From an uncultured Gemmataceae bacterium (GTDB lineage Bacteria > Planctomycetota > Planctomycetia > Gemmatales > Gemmataceae), in the NCBI GenBank assembly GCA_963750165.1, contig CAVVPN010000011.1:1664001-1728000 (forward strand): 64,000 nucleotides of DNA, written 5' to 3'. The notes beneath the pieces were generated by a model. The model saw nothing but the letters and a program-made list of their open reading frames with translations, was not told the origin of the DNA and made no database searches. Below, piece after piece: positions 47,811 to 57,655 of the stretch (the first letter of the stretch is position 1; each line of letters starts with the position of its first letter). A program made the translations under genes and the position numbers.

Positions 47811-48905
47811 ATGAAAATCTCACAGATCCTGGCCATCATCCTGGCGCTGAGTTGCCTCTCCCTCCCTGCTTGCCAGACACGCGAGGAGCAGTCCGAATCG
47901 GGGAACCAGAAGATCGTGGTCACCAGTCCTCTGGAAAAGGACGTCATCCTCACCCAGCCGTACGTCTGCCAGATCCACTCGCAGAACCACATCAAGGTCA
48001 AAGCGTTGATGGGCGGGTATCTCGAGGAGATCCTGGTCAAGGAGGGCCAGGGGGTGCGAAAAGGCTCTTTGATGTTCAAGATCCTGCCGATCCTTTACAA
48101 GGCAAATATGGACGCCGAGATGGCCGAGGCCAAGATCGCGGAGCTGGAACTCAAGTTCACCGAGAAGTTGGCGAAGCTAAACACAGTCTCTGAGAATGAA
48201 GTGGCACTGTACAGGGCCAAACTGACAAGGGCCGAGGCCAGGGCGGAGAAGGCGAAGGCCGAATGGAAATTTACCAAGATCGAGGCACCGTTCGACGGCA
48301 TCGTCGATCGTCTGCACGAGCAACTCGGCAGCCTGATCAAGGAAGGGGATGTCCTCACGACCCTGTCCGACAACAGCGGGATGTGGGTTTATTTCAACGT
48401 GCCCGAGGCCCACTACATCAAGTACCAGAAAGAGCAGGGTCAGCTTAAGGAAGACCCGCGCATCGAACTGCGGCTGGCGGGCGGCAGCAAGTTCTCGTAC
48501 AGCGGCAAGTTCTATACGATCGAGGCCGTCTTTAACAACGAGACCGGGACCGTCCCCTTCCGCGCGGATTTCCCGAACCCGAACCGCGTGCTGCGGCACG
48601 GCATGACCGGCAACGTGTTGATCCACCGCACGTTGAGCAACGCCATCCTCATCCCGCAGCGGGCGACGTTCGAGATTCTCGACAGGCGCTACGTTTTCGT
48701 CGTCAATCGAGAGGGCAAGGTACATCAGCGCGAGATCGTCATCCAGAACGAATTGCAAGACATCTATGTCATCAAGAGCGGACTGAGCCTGGGGGATCGG
48801 TTCATTTTCGAGGGAGTTCGACAGGTCCGCGACGGTGATAAGATCGAGTACGAGTTCCGTCCCCCGGAACAGGTGCTTGCCCACCAGAACTTTCACGCGG
48901 AATAG
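47811..48905 (+). CDS. RND efflux periplasmic adaptor (MFP), lipoprotein
   Basis: Lipobox LPAC; VKEGQGVRKG.LMFKI; IEAPFDG; ETGTVPFRADFPNP; IPQRA. Confidence 0.93.
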   Translation: MKISQILAIILALSCLSLPACQTREEQSESGNQKIVVTSPLEKDVILTQPYVCQIHSQNHIKVKALMGGYLEEILVKEGQGVRKGSLMFKILPILYKANMDAEMAEAKIAELELKFTEKLAKLNTVSENEVALYRAKLTRAEARAEKAKAEWKFTKIEAPFDGIVDRLHEQLGSLIKEGDVLTTLSDNSGMWVYFNVPEAHYIKYQKEQGQLKEDPRIELRLAGGSKFSYSGKFYTIEAVFNNETGTVPFRADFPNPNRVLRHGMTGNVLIHRTLSNAILIPQRATFEILDRRYVFVVNREGKVHQREIVIQNELQDIYVIKSGLSLGDRFIFEGVRQVRDGDKIEYEFRPPEQVLAHQNFHAE

Positions 48906-48956
48906 CAACCACGTTTTCACGCCCCGGCACGGAAGTCGATAAGAGAACCTCAGAAC

Positions 48957-51900
48957 ATGTTCACCAAAATTCTCTACCGGCCGGCGCTGGCGATCGTGAT
49001 CTCCATCATCCTCTTGTTCCTGGGGACGCTGGGGATCAAGACCCTACCGACAGCTCAGTTCCCCGACATCGCGCCGCCGACCGTTCGCGTCGGGATTTCC
49101 TATCCCGGTGCCAGTGCCAATGTCCTGGTCAATTCGGTCCTGGTGCCGATGGAGCGAGCCATCAACGGCGTCCAGAACATGCGTTACATGGCCTCCTCCG
49201 CCACCAGTGCCGGTGAGGCAGCGATCACCATCTACTTCGAGCCGGGCACGGACCCCAACATCAACGCCGTGAACGTGCTCAACCGGGTCAACATCGTGCG
49301 GAGCCAGCTCCCCGAGTTGGTGCAGCGCGAGGGGATCATCGTCCTGCCGGTCGTGCCAAGCATGCTGATGTATGTGAATATTTACAGCACGGATACCAGC
49401 GTCGATCAGAAATTCCTTTACAACTTCGCCAACACAAACGTCATGCCCGAGATCCAGCGGATCCAGGGGATGGGTATCCCCTGGAATCTCGGCAACCGCG
49501 CCTATGCGATGCGGATCTGGCTGAATATCGACCGCTTGCGCGCCTACAAGCTGTCCAGTGAGGACGTCATGAAGGCCCTGGCGGAGACGAGCGTGATTGG
49601 CTCGCCCGGGCGACTCGGCCAGGCCACGGGCCACAGGTCGCAATCCCGCGAGTACGTCCTGACCTGGATCGGGCGCTATAACAAAGTGGAGCAGTATGAA
49701 AACATCGTTTTGAAGGCCAGTCCCAAGGGGGAGATCCTGCGGCTCAAGGACGTGTGTGGCACCTGGGATGAAAACGGCGTCCGGAAGACTCCCGGCATCG
49801 AGTTGGGCTCGTCGATGTTCGACATTTACTCGGACATCAATGGTTACCCTGCGTGTTCCATCATTCTCAAACAAACTCCCGGCTCCAACGCCTCCGCCGT
49901 TATTGAGGAAATCAAGACGCACCTCAAGGAGATCAAGAAGGAATCGTTTCCTCCCGGCATGGACTACGAATTCGCCTACGACGTTTCCAGCTTTCTGGAC
50001 GCCTCCATCGAAAAGGTGCTGCATACCCTGCTGGAGGCGTTCATTTTGGTGTCGCTGGTGGTCTACCTGTTCCTCGGGGATTTTCGTTCCACGCTGATCC
50101 CGACCCTGGCGGTGCCGGTGTCGCTGATCGGCACCTTTTTCTTCCTCAAGTTGTTCGGTCTCTCCATCAACCTGATCACGCTCTTCGCGATGGTGCTGGC
50201 GATCGGGGTCGTGGTGGACGATGCGATCGTGGTGGTGGAGGCGGTGCATGCCAAGATGGCCGAGAAGCATCTCGGCCCCTATCAGGCGACCATGGAGGTG
50301 CTGCACGAGATCTCCGGCGCGATCATCGCCATCACGTTGGTGATGACCTCCGTCTTCATTCCGGTGACCTTCGTGCCCGGACCGGCCGGCGTCTTTTACC
50401 GCCAGTTCGGCATCACCATGGCCACGTCCATCATCCTCTCCGGTCTGGTGGCCCTGACGCTGACGCCCGTACTCTGTGCGATGATTCTCAAACCCCACAC
50501 CCACGCCAACACCCACACCAGCAACCACAACCACACGAGTCCCGTGAAAAAGAAGCGCGGACTCCTGGTCATGCTGCTGTTTTTTATTGGTGGGATGCTG
50601 CTCTTGGCAGGCATCACTTATGTGGCGTACCACCTGTGGGGATTAGCCGGCCTGCCGATCGCCCTGGTGCCCTTTCTGCAGCGCCCCTTTGACCGCGTTG
50701 TGACCTTCGTCACGAGCGTTTATGGTGGGATCCTGCGAGGGATCGTCACCCGCCGCGTGCTGACCATGGCCGTCGTCGGGGGCTTTGCCGCCGGCATTGG
50801 GGTCGTCAGCACGCAGATCTCGGCTGGTTTTATCCCGGGCGAGGACCAGGGCATCATCTACGCGGTCCTCCAGACGCCGCCGGGCTCCACCCTCGAGTAC
50901 ACCAACGGCAAGGCCCAGGAACTCGAGAAGGTTGCCGAAGAACTCGAAGACGTCACCTCCGTCACTTCGATCGCCGGTTACGAGATCCTGACGGAAGGCC
51001 GCGGCTCGAACGCGGGAACCTGTGTCATCAACCTGAAAGAATGGTCCAAGCGCGATCGCACCGCGCGGCAGATCATCGAACAACTCGAAGAAAAATGCCG
51101 CCGGTTGTCCAACGTGAAGCTCGAGTTCTTCGAACCCCCCGCGGTCCCCGGCTTCGGCGCTGCCGGGGGTTTCTCCATCAACGTCCTCGACAAGACCAAC
51201 TCGGCCACGCCTGACTACAAGAAGCTCGGCGAGGTGACCGACACGTTCATGAAAGCCTTGAAGAAACGCAAGGAAGTGAAGAACCTGTTCACCTTCTATA
51301 CCGCCGGCTACCCGCAGTACGAGCTGAACATCGACATCGCCCGGGCCATGCAGAAGGGCGTGTCGGTCAAGAAGGCCCTGGACAACCTGAACATCTACGT
51401 CGGCAGCACCTGGGAGCAAGGCTTCATTCTCTTCAACCAGTTCTACAAGGTTTACGTCCAGGCCGCGCCGGAGTTCCGGCGTTTCCCCAAGGATCTGGAC
51501 AACATTTTCGTCAAAAGCGACAGCGGGCAAATGGTTCCCTACTCCTCGTTCATGACGATCAAGGAAAAGCAGGGATTGAACGAAATCAATCGCTATAACA
51601 TGTATCCCACCGCCCCCATTCAAGGTGCACCAGCTCCCGGCTACAGCACCGGTCAAGCCATCCAGGCGGTCAGGGAGGTTGCCGTTCAGACGCTGCCACA
51701 CGGTTACGCCATCGGCTGGTCAGGTCTCTCGTACGACGAGGAAAAAAAGGGGAACGAGGCGGTTTTTATCTTCCTCATCGTCGTCGCCTTCGTCTATCTG
51801 GTCCTGGTCGCGCAGTACGAGAGTTTTCTGTTGCCGCTGGCCGTCATCCTGTCCCTGCCGATCGGGATCTTCGGTTCCTTTTTCCTCCTGCAGGCCCTGG

Positions 51901-52823
51901 GTTTGGCCAACGACGTCTGGGCCCAAATTGGTCTGATCATGCTGGTCGGCCTGCTGGGTAAGAATGCGATCCTGATCGTCGAATTCGCGGTGCAGCGGCG
52001 CCGGGAGGGCCTGCCCATCCACGAGGCAGCCATCGAAGGAGGAAAATTGCGCTTCCGGCCGATTCAGATGACCTCCTTCGCCTTCATCGCCGGCCTCATT
52101 CCGTTGGTCATTGCCACCGGCGCCGGGGCGATCGCCAACCGCACCATTGGCACCACGGGGGTGGGCGGGATGCTCACGGGCACCGTGGTCGGCGTCCTGG
52201 TGATTCCCGGCCTTTATTACATTTTCGCCCGCATCGCCGACGGGAAAAAAATCCTCCGGGAGGAGGTGGATGAACCGCTCAGTGAGGTTCTCGATCACAA
52301 ACCATTTGAGGCGCTTCCGGAAGTGACGGCCGGTGAGATCGAGAGTCTGCTGAACTACCTCGACGCCCGCGGCGGTCGGGACGACCTCTCCCACATCGCC
52401 GCCCAGACCCACCGTGACTTCCGCCAACTCCTCATCGTGGCCCAGGCCGCCGAGTTGCTCGATTTCGTCACCACAGCGCCAGGCCAGGTCGTGGTCAACG
52501 ACGAGGGCGACCGCTTCAGCAAGGCGAGCCCCGCGGATCGCCAGGCCATCTGGCGTGAGCACATCCTTCAGTTGCGGCTGTTCAAGGAGACCCAGGAGAT
52601 TCTCCGCCGTGCGGGCGGTCTCATCGACAGCGATCTGTTGCGGGAAATCTTCATCCTGAACCTGCCCGGGGTGAACTTCGACAAAGGTGTCGCCACCTTG
52701 ATCGACTGGGCCAGATACGGCGACCTGTTCGCCTACGACGACTCAACCGGGAAGATCTCAACGCGGGGAGCGGGTCACACCCTGTTCACGTCAGCCGAGA
52801 GGCCGCCGGGAGAGCGTCACTAG
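48957..52823 (+). CDS. RND efflux permease (HAE1/AcrB-like) with an internal insert and a C-terminal AAA_assoc_C-like domain
   Basis: QFPDIAPP.V, YPGASA, VVDDAIVVVE, PGEDQG, GKNAILIVEF, RFRPIQMT; 1288 aa versus the usual ~1050; tail AAELLDF...LIDWARYGDLFAYD. Confidence 0.92.
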   Translation: MFTKILYRPALAIVISIILLFLGTLGIKTLPTAQFPDIAPPTVRVGISYPGASANVLVNSVLVPMERAINGVQNMRYMASSATSAGEAAITIYFEPGTDPNINAVNVLNRVNIVRSQLPELVQREGIIVLPVVPSMLMYVNIYSTDTSVDQKFLYNFANTNVMPEIQRIQGMGIPWNLGNRAYAMRIWLNIDRLRAYKLSSEDVMKALAETSVIGSPGRLGQATGHRSQSREYVLTWIGRYNKVEQYENIVLKASPKGEILRLKDVCGTWDENGVRKTPGIELGSSMFDIYSDINGYPACSIILKQTPGSNASAVIEEIKTHLKEIKKESFPPGMDYEFAYDVSSFLDASIEKVLHTLLEAFILVSLVVYLFLGDFRSTLIPTLAVPVSLIGTFFFLKLFGLSINLITLFAMVLAIGVVVDDAIVVVEAVHAKMAEKHLGPYQATMEVLHEISGAIIAITLVMTSVFIPVTFVPGPAGVFYRQFGITMATSIILSGLVALTLTPVLCAMILKPHTHANTHTSNHNHTSPVKKKRGLLVMLLFFIGGMLLLAGITYVAYHLWGLAGLPIALVPFLQRPFDRVVTFVTSVYGGILRGIVTRRVLTMAVVGGFAAGIGVVSTQISAGFIPGEDQGIIYAVLQTPPGSTLEYTNGKAQELEKVAEELEDVTSVTSIAGYEILTEGRGSNAGTCVINLKEWSKRDRTARQIIEQLEEKCRRLSNVKLEFFEPPAVPGFGAAGGFSINVLDKTNSATPDYKKLGEVTDTFMKALKKRKEVKNLFTFYTAGYPQYELNIDIARAMQKGVSVKKALDNLNIYVGSTWEQGFILFNQFYKVYVQAAPEFRRFPKDLDNIFVKSDSGQMVPYSSFMTIKEKQGLNEINRYNMYPTAPIQGAPAPGYSTGQAIQAVREVAVQTLPHGYAIGWSGLSYDEEKKGNEAVFIFLIVVAFVYLVLVAQYESFLLPLAVILSLPIGIFGSFFLLQALGLANDVWAQIGLIMLVGLLGKNAILIVEFAVQRRREGLPIHEAAIEGGKLRFRPIQMTSFAFIAGLIPLVIATGAGAIANRTIGTTGVGGMLTGTVVGVLVIPGLYYIFARIADGKKILREEVDEPLSEVLDHKPFEALPEVTAGEIESLLNYLDARGGRDDLSHIAAQTHRDFRQLLIVAQAAELLDFVTTAPGQVVVNDEGDRFSKASPADRQAIWREHILQLRLFKETQEILRRAGGLIDSDLLREIFILNLPGVNFDKGVATLIDWARYGDLFAYDDSTGKISTRGAGHTLFTSAERPPGERH

Positions 52824-52959
52824 CGTACCTTCGTCATTCGCTGGAATTTCCACTGTTTTTCCCCAGTTCGAGCGGGAATAGTCGAACGTTGCCGGCACAA
52901 CCGCTAAAGTCCACCCGGCATATCGGTCGAAGAAAGAAGTGGAAGCGAACGATTTCAAC

Positions 52960-53160
52960 AGGCTGCTGATGCCGTGTTCTGCATTTCCCCATCTCCGACA
53001 GGTGGGGCCAGGGCCAGTCCTGCCGGCAAGCTTCTTCAACGGAGCGACCAGCCTGGAAAATTCAGCTTAGCTCGGGATCGAAGCGTTCACATTGATCCGA
53101 TCCTGACGCGCTGATCGTCCAGGCAGTGGCCGGCAATCGGGAGTTGAAAAGCCTGGCTCA
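52960..53160 (+). pseudogene. Decayed duplicate of the 5' part of the downstream OMF gene
   Basis: ccggcaagcttcttcaacggagcgaccagcctggaaaattcagcttagctcgggatcgaagcgtt matches 53319-53383, with CAG>TAG and indels. Confidence 0.85.
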
Positions 53161-53180
53161 GGGCTTCAAGGACGGTGCAG

Positions 53181-54857
53181 ATGAACCTCTTAGTGCGATT
53201 TTCGCGCACAACGCGTGTGAAGCAAGTGCTTGCGAGAGCGATCACTTGCTGCATGCTCCTGGTGCTGCCGGCCTGTGCAATCCCCAATCTCCGTCAGGCG
53301 CAGTCGGGGCCCGACCTTCCGGCAAGCTTTTTCAACGGAGCGACCAGCCCGGAAAACTCAGCTCAGCTCGGGATCGAAGCGTTTTTCAATGATCCGGTGC
53401 TTACGGGCTTGATCGACCAAGCGGCGGTCGGCAATCGGGAGCTGAAAATCCTGAATGAGGAGGTCCAGATCGCCAGAAACGAGATTCTGGCGAGGCAGGG
53501 GACGTACCTTCCCTTTGTCGGTTTCACGGGCGCTGCGAGTCTGGACCAACTCAGCACCTTCACGCTTCCTGGTGCCGGCGTACACGACGACCCGTATCTC
53601 GACGGAAAGTTCCTTCCCAATCCGCTGCCGAATTACCTGCTCGGCCTCAACTTGTTCTGGCGGATCGACATCTGGAGGGAACTGCGCAATGCCAGGGACG
53701 CGGCGGCGCAGCGCTACGTCGCCGCCGTGGAGAAACGGAACTTCTTCGTGACCCGTCTGGTCGCAGAGATTGCCGAGAATTATTACGGGCTGATGGCGCA
53801 CGACAAACGGCTTGAGAATCTGGATAAAATCATCGAGCTGCAGAAGAAAAGCCTCAAGACCGCCGAGGCCTTTATGGAAGCAACGAAGATCACCGCGTTC
53901 CCTGTCCGGCGTTTCCAGGCCGAGATTCGCAAGAACCAGAGTCAAAAGCTGATCGTTAAGCAGGAGATCATCGAGGTCGAGAACCGTATCAACTTCCTCG
54001 TCAATCGCTACCCGCAGCCTGTCGAACGCATGACTGCGCGGTTCTACGATCTGAACTTTCCGCTGTTCATCGGGGTGCCCGCACAGCTGCTTCAGAACCG
54101 ACCCGACATCCGCCAGGCCGAGCGCGAGCTGGAGGCTGCCGGGCTCGACGTGAAGGTCGCCCGGGCCCACTTCTTTCCCAAGCTGGACATCAACGGCGGC
54201 GTTGGCTACGAGGCCTTCAACCCCAAATATCTGTTCTGGACTCCGGACGCCTTGATTGGAAGCGTTGCTGGTGGACTGGTCGCGCCGGTGATCAATTTCA
54301 AAGCGATTCAGGCCGAGTACCTCAGCGCGAACGCCAAACAATTGCAGAGCGTCTACAACTACCAGCGCGTAATCCTCAACGCTTTCACCGAGGTTGTCAC
54401 CCGCGTGTCCATGGTGCAGAACTACAGCCAGAGCATCGGGATCAGGAAGCAGCAGGTGGAAGCGCTTGAGGACGCCGTCACCCAGGCCACCAACCTTTTT
54501 AATTTTCCCAGGCCGGGGGAGAAAAACCCCGTCGATTACCTGGACGTGCTATTGGCCCAGCGTGACCTCTGGGGGGCGAGATTGGAATTGATCGACACCA
54601 AACAGCAGCAACTGGCTGCCTTCGTGAACGTCTATCAAGCCCTGGGCGGTGGCGTCTCCGTATTGAGTCACCTGCAGGACGGCACGCATACGCCAGTTCC
54701 TTGCAATCAGACCAAGGAATCTGAGGCGACACTGCCACCGCCGACGGTGATGCAGATGTCGTACGCGCCGCCGACCGTGCCGACCTTCCCGAGCATCGAA
54801 GGAACCCCGGCTACTGCGACGGCGCGGTTACTGCCTCCGACTTTTCTGCCACCATAA
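53181..54857 (+). CDS. TolC/NodT-family outer membrane efflux lipoprotein
   Basis: Lipobox LPAC; FFNDPVLTGLIDQA..GNRELK; PAQLLQNRPDIRQAE; YQALGGG; Pro/Thr tail; start uncertain (53175-53253). Confidence 0.92.
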   Translation: MNLLVRFSRTTRVKQVLARAITCCMLLVLPACAIPNLRQAQSGPDLPASFFNGATSPENSAQLGIEAFFNDPVLTGLIDQAAVGNRELKILNEEVQIARNEILARQGTYLPFVGFTGAASLDQLSTFTLPGAGVHDDPYLDGKFLPNPLPNYLLGLNLFWRIDIWRELRNARDAAAQRYVAAVEKRNFFVTRLVAEIAENYYGLMAHDKRLENLDKIIELQKKSLKTAEAFMEATKITAFPVRRFQAEIRKNQSQKLIVKQEIIEVENRINFLVNRYPQPVERMTARFYDLNFPLFIGVPAQLLQNRPDIRQAERELEAAGLDVKVARAHFFPKLDINGGVGYEAFNPKYLFWTPDALIGSVAGGLVAPVINFKAIQAEYLSANAKQLQSVYNYQRVILNAFTEVVTRVSMVQNYSQSIGIRKQQVEALEDAVTQATNLFNFPRPGEKNPVDYLDVLLAQRDLWGARLELIDTKQQQLAAFVNVYQALGGGVSVLSHLQDGTHTPVPCNQTKESEATLPPPTVMQMSYAPPTVPTFPSIEGTPATATARLLPPTFLPP

Positions 54858-54861
54858 GAGG

Positions 54862-55006
54862 AAGTGCCGACGGCTGAGCAAGGACCGGGAGAAAAGCGTG
54901 CGCTCGTCGGAGGCGTTCGTCAAGTTGGCCATGATCCACCTGATTCTCAACCGCCTGGCACCCCAGGGACGCGCAGGTCGAGTTCTGTTACCGCAAGGCC
55001 GTCTAA
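54862..55006 (+). mobile_element. IS5-family transposase C-terminal remnant
   Basis: Manual translation KCRRLSKDREKSVRSSEAFVKLAMIHLILNRLAP...EFCYRKAV* matches the RRLSKD.E...SEA.I..AMI..ML.RL tail. Confidence 0.7.
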
Positions 55007-55040
55007 CCTGACATATTACCCCGGCGGGTAAGATGGCCAT

Positions 55041-55068
55041 GTAGGACGGCTCTGGAGAGCCGTCCTAC
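55041..55068. repeat. GTAG-type REP palindrome (same family as 63797-63889)
   Basis: gtaggacggctctggagagccgtcctac. Confidence 0.75.
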
Positions 55069-55143
55069 GTGACGATGTTAGCTGCCAGGGTAATATGGGA
55101 CAGATGCTTACAATCGTCACGCTCATTTCAGGGAAGTGAAGAG

Positions 55144-55590
55144 ATGGTCTATCGCGTAATTTGTGCTTTCTTGCTGCTCTCAAGCCTGCCAATTGCAGGA
55201 TGCGGGACGGTTGCAAACCTGGTCAAGACGCCTCCCGAGGAAGGCGGGAAGAGCCCTTTCGGTGGAGTAAGACACGATCTGGGGTGTATTGAGCATGCGG
55301 CAATCGGAGAATCTGGCTGCAGGACACACCCCGAGCCGGAGTTGGAGCAATGTCGGCAGGTGGCACTAACGCTCTGCTGCAGCGCAGACCTGCCGTTGAG
55401 TTTTATCGGCGATCTCGTGACGTGGCCTTATACGGCGACGTACTCCTTCATTAATCAGCCAGTCCCTACCCCACCTGTGAACCAGGCACCTACCTCGCCT
55501 GTGACACAAGGAACGACCGAGGTCCGGCCTCAGCCTGCTCCGTTAGAACCCCAGCCAGAAACTTTGCCAGACCCCAGAAAACTTCCCTGA
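55144..55590 (+). CDS. YceK/YidQ (DUF1375) family lipoprotein
   Basis: Lipobox IAGCGTV; PFGGVRHD; ADLPLSFIGDLVTWPY; Pro-rich tail. Confidence 0.8.
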   Translation: MVYRVICAFLLLSSLPIAGCGTVANLVKTPPEEGGKSPFGGVRHDLGCIEHAAIGESGCRTHPEPELEQCRQVALTLCCSADLPLSFIGDLVTWPYTATYSFINQPVPTPPVNQAPTSPVTQGTTEVRPQPAPLEPQPETLPDPRKLP

Positions 55591-55800
55591 ATACGGCGTG
55601 CCATAGGGGTTTTGTCAGTGGTTCTCACGGAGCGATGGACCGACGTGCTCCGGGGCTGCAGCCTGACGTTTCGCGTTCGCGCCACCCCTTGCCCACTGGT
55701 TATCGGCGCGCAAGCCGCCACCTCGACATCGAACTCCCGCAGCCGCGCCACCTGCGCTTGTTGTGTCTCCGTCCGCTGCGCCGGCCTGGCGCTGACCGCG

Positions 55801-55899
55801 CTGGGCGTCGTGGATGGATTCTCCCCGAAGGGGGTCGAGGACGAGGGAGAGATCAGTTGGCGGAAGGACTTCCTGCGGAAGCTCGGGTACAAGCTGTAA
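55801..55899 (+). pseudogene. 3' fragment of an adenosine-specific kinase (DUF355-like) gene
   Basis: [32 protein letters not shown] is the characteristic C-terminus; the upstream part is missing. Confidence 0.65.
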
Positions 55900-55919
55900 G
55901 CGGAAAAGACAGGTGGACC

Positions 55920-56630
55920 ATGACCGCCGCTGACCAGGATCAGCCACGGAAAGGGATCAATCAGCGCCGCTTGATCGGTTTCCTGGTGGCCGTGCCGGTG
56001 TACTTTGCCCTGTTCATGTTTCTGCCTGCCGGCACCTGGGCGTGGACGAAGGGCTGGCTCTTTGTCGGGGTGTTCCTCGGTACGCTGGCCGTCGTCGGTG
56101 TGTATCTCTGGCGAGTGAATCCCGAAGTCGTGGTCGCCAGGACCGGCTCGCAGAAAGGAACCAAGCGCTGGGACAAGATTCTGGTCCCTATCCTGCTGGC
56201 GGTGGTGTACGCCATCATTCCCGTTGCGGCGCTTGACGACGGGCGCTTTCACTGGTTTCCAGTTCCCTGGTGGGTCTGTGGCGTCGGCTACGTTCTGTTC
56301 CTTGTCGGCATGGGCATTCTTACCTGGGCGGAAGCCGTCAACAAGTTCTTCGAGGTCACGGTACGCATCCAGACGGATCGAGGTCAGAAGGTGATCGACA
56401 CCGGCCCCTACACCATCGTGCGGCATCCCGGATATGTCGGCGGCATCCTCTTCTTCGTGGGGACGGCCTTGTGCCTGGGGTCGGTTTGGGCGCTGGTTCC
56501 TGCGGGCCTGGCCTCTGCCCTGTTGATCCTGCGGACGCAGTGGGAAGATCAGACGTTGCAGGCCGAGTTGGCGGGGTACAAGGAGTACGCCCAGCAGGTC
56601 CGCTATAAACTCATCCCTGGCGTGTGGTGA
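55920..56630 (+). CDS. Isoprenylcysteine carboxyl methyltransferase (ICMT/PEMT) family membrane protein
   Basis: NKFF..TVRIQTDRGQKVIDTGPYTIVRHPGY...RTQWEDQTL..EL.GY.EY..VRYKLIPGVW. Confidence 0.9.
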   Translation: MTAADQDQPRKGINQRRLIGFLVAVPVYFALFMFLPAGTWAWTKGWLFVGVFLGTLAVVGVYLWRVNPEVVVARTGSQKGTKRWDKILVPILLAVVYAIIPVAALDDGRFHWFPVPWWVCGVGYVLFLVGMGILTWAEAVNKFFEVTVRIQTDRGQKVIDTGPYTIVRHPGYVGGILFFVGTALCLGSVWALVPAGLASALLILRTQWEDQTLQAELAGYKEYAQQVRYKLIPGVW

Positions 56631-57103
56631 TTGCCTCCAGACAAATCTCGCACCGGGGCACTGCTTCCAGGATCACCCGGAATGAAACCTCTGCGGTTAT
56701 CCGGCCAGGCCAGGTAGAACATCCACACCCAACACGCTCCCCGAAGACCCTCGAACGCCGTCCACCACCACGGCAACCCCGCCGCCCAATCCACGCCGAC
56801 GAAGACTACGCTCATCAGGCCGACCGCAGCAGCCAGAAAGCGCACCAGGGGCCGGTAGCGCTCCAGGTCGGACGCCACCACCAGGCAAAGAGCGCCCAGG
56901 AGGACGTAGAAGGCCGAGAGAGATCGGGCCAGATACTCGACCACGGGAGAAGTCGGCATCTCTCCCAGGCCCAGCCAGCGGTGCGCAGCGACCATCCACG
57001 ACACGGGCATGAAGACAGGAACCAGGGCGAACAACCCGCTCACGCCCCCGACCCAGAGGAGAGCAACCAGCACCTTGTCGGCCCCCGGTCTGTTTGCCGT
57101 CAT
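56603..57103 (-). CDS. Hypothetical membrane protein
   Basis: VFMPVSWMVAAHRWLGLGEMP..PVVEYLARSLSAFY...DLERYRPLV; multiple TMs; 3' end possibly degenerate. Confidence 0.6.
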   Translation of the reverse strand: MTANRPGADKVLVALLWVGGVSGLFALVPVFMPVSWMVAAHRWLGLGEMPTSPVVEYLARSLSAFYVLLGALCLVVASDLERYRPLVRFLAAAVGLMSVVFVGVDWAAGLPWWWTAFEGLRGACWVWMFYLAWPDNRRGFIPGDPGSSAPVRDLSGGNHHTPGMSL

Positions 57104-57137
57104 TGCCATACTCCGACCTGATCCGGTGGCCGCCCGC

Positions 57138-57500
57138 CACCTGTTGTTCCAGAACCAGTAGGCATAGTCCTTCAGCAGTTGCCGGGTGGGGCCGCTCTTC
57201 TTCGCCTCGCACTCGGCCAGCGGCACTTCGACCAATCGGTCCTCGGCCCTCGCCTCGCACAACAGACCGTACATCTCGTCCGCACAGGCGTCGTCAGCAT
57301 CGCCCAGGTCGGTGATCTTGCTGATCGGCCTGGGGCCGTATACCGGCTCCCACCTGGCCTCGAAGGGGAACGCCAGGTGCGCCGCCAGGTAGCGATGGTA
57401 CGTTCGCAGCGTTCGTCATCGACGCCCGGCAGCGGATCGTCACCCGTCAGCCCCAGCGCTATCCGCACACGGTCGTCCTCGTCGCTGGGCTGTGTCAGCC
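57138..57500 (-). pseudogene. CcbP-like calcium-binding protein, frameshifted
   Basis: DEDDRVRIALGLTGDDPLPGVDDE / LRTYHRYLAAHLAFPFEARW...DEMYGLLCEAR...VPLAECE...QLLKDYAYWFWNNR; frameshift near 57410; reads through into the next gene. Confidence 0.55.
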
Positions 57501-57509
57501 ATCTCCGTG

Positions 57510-57655
57510 TCAGCCACGGATTCGGTGGACAGCCCACAGAATCAGGGTCAGGACCAGGCTGAGGAGCAGGCACGTCACGACCGGGAAGTAGAAGCGGAAG
57601 TTCTCCCGCTCGATGCGGATGTCGCCCGGCAGCCGGCCCAGCCAGGAGATTTTGT
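57510..57655 (-). pseudogene. 5'-truncated DUF2905 family gene
   Basis: WLGRLPGDIRIERENFRFYFPVVTCLLLSLVLTLILW is present; the N-terminal TM and a plausible start are absent. Confidence 0.7.

Noticed and set aside
55690..55800. Possible transposase scrap on the - strand ([25 protein letters not shown])
   Set aside because: Too short and lacking catalytic motifs to assign by eye.
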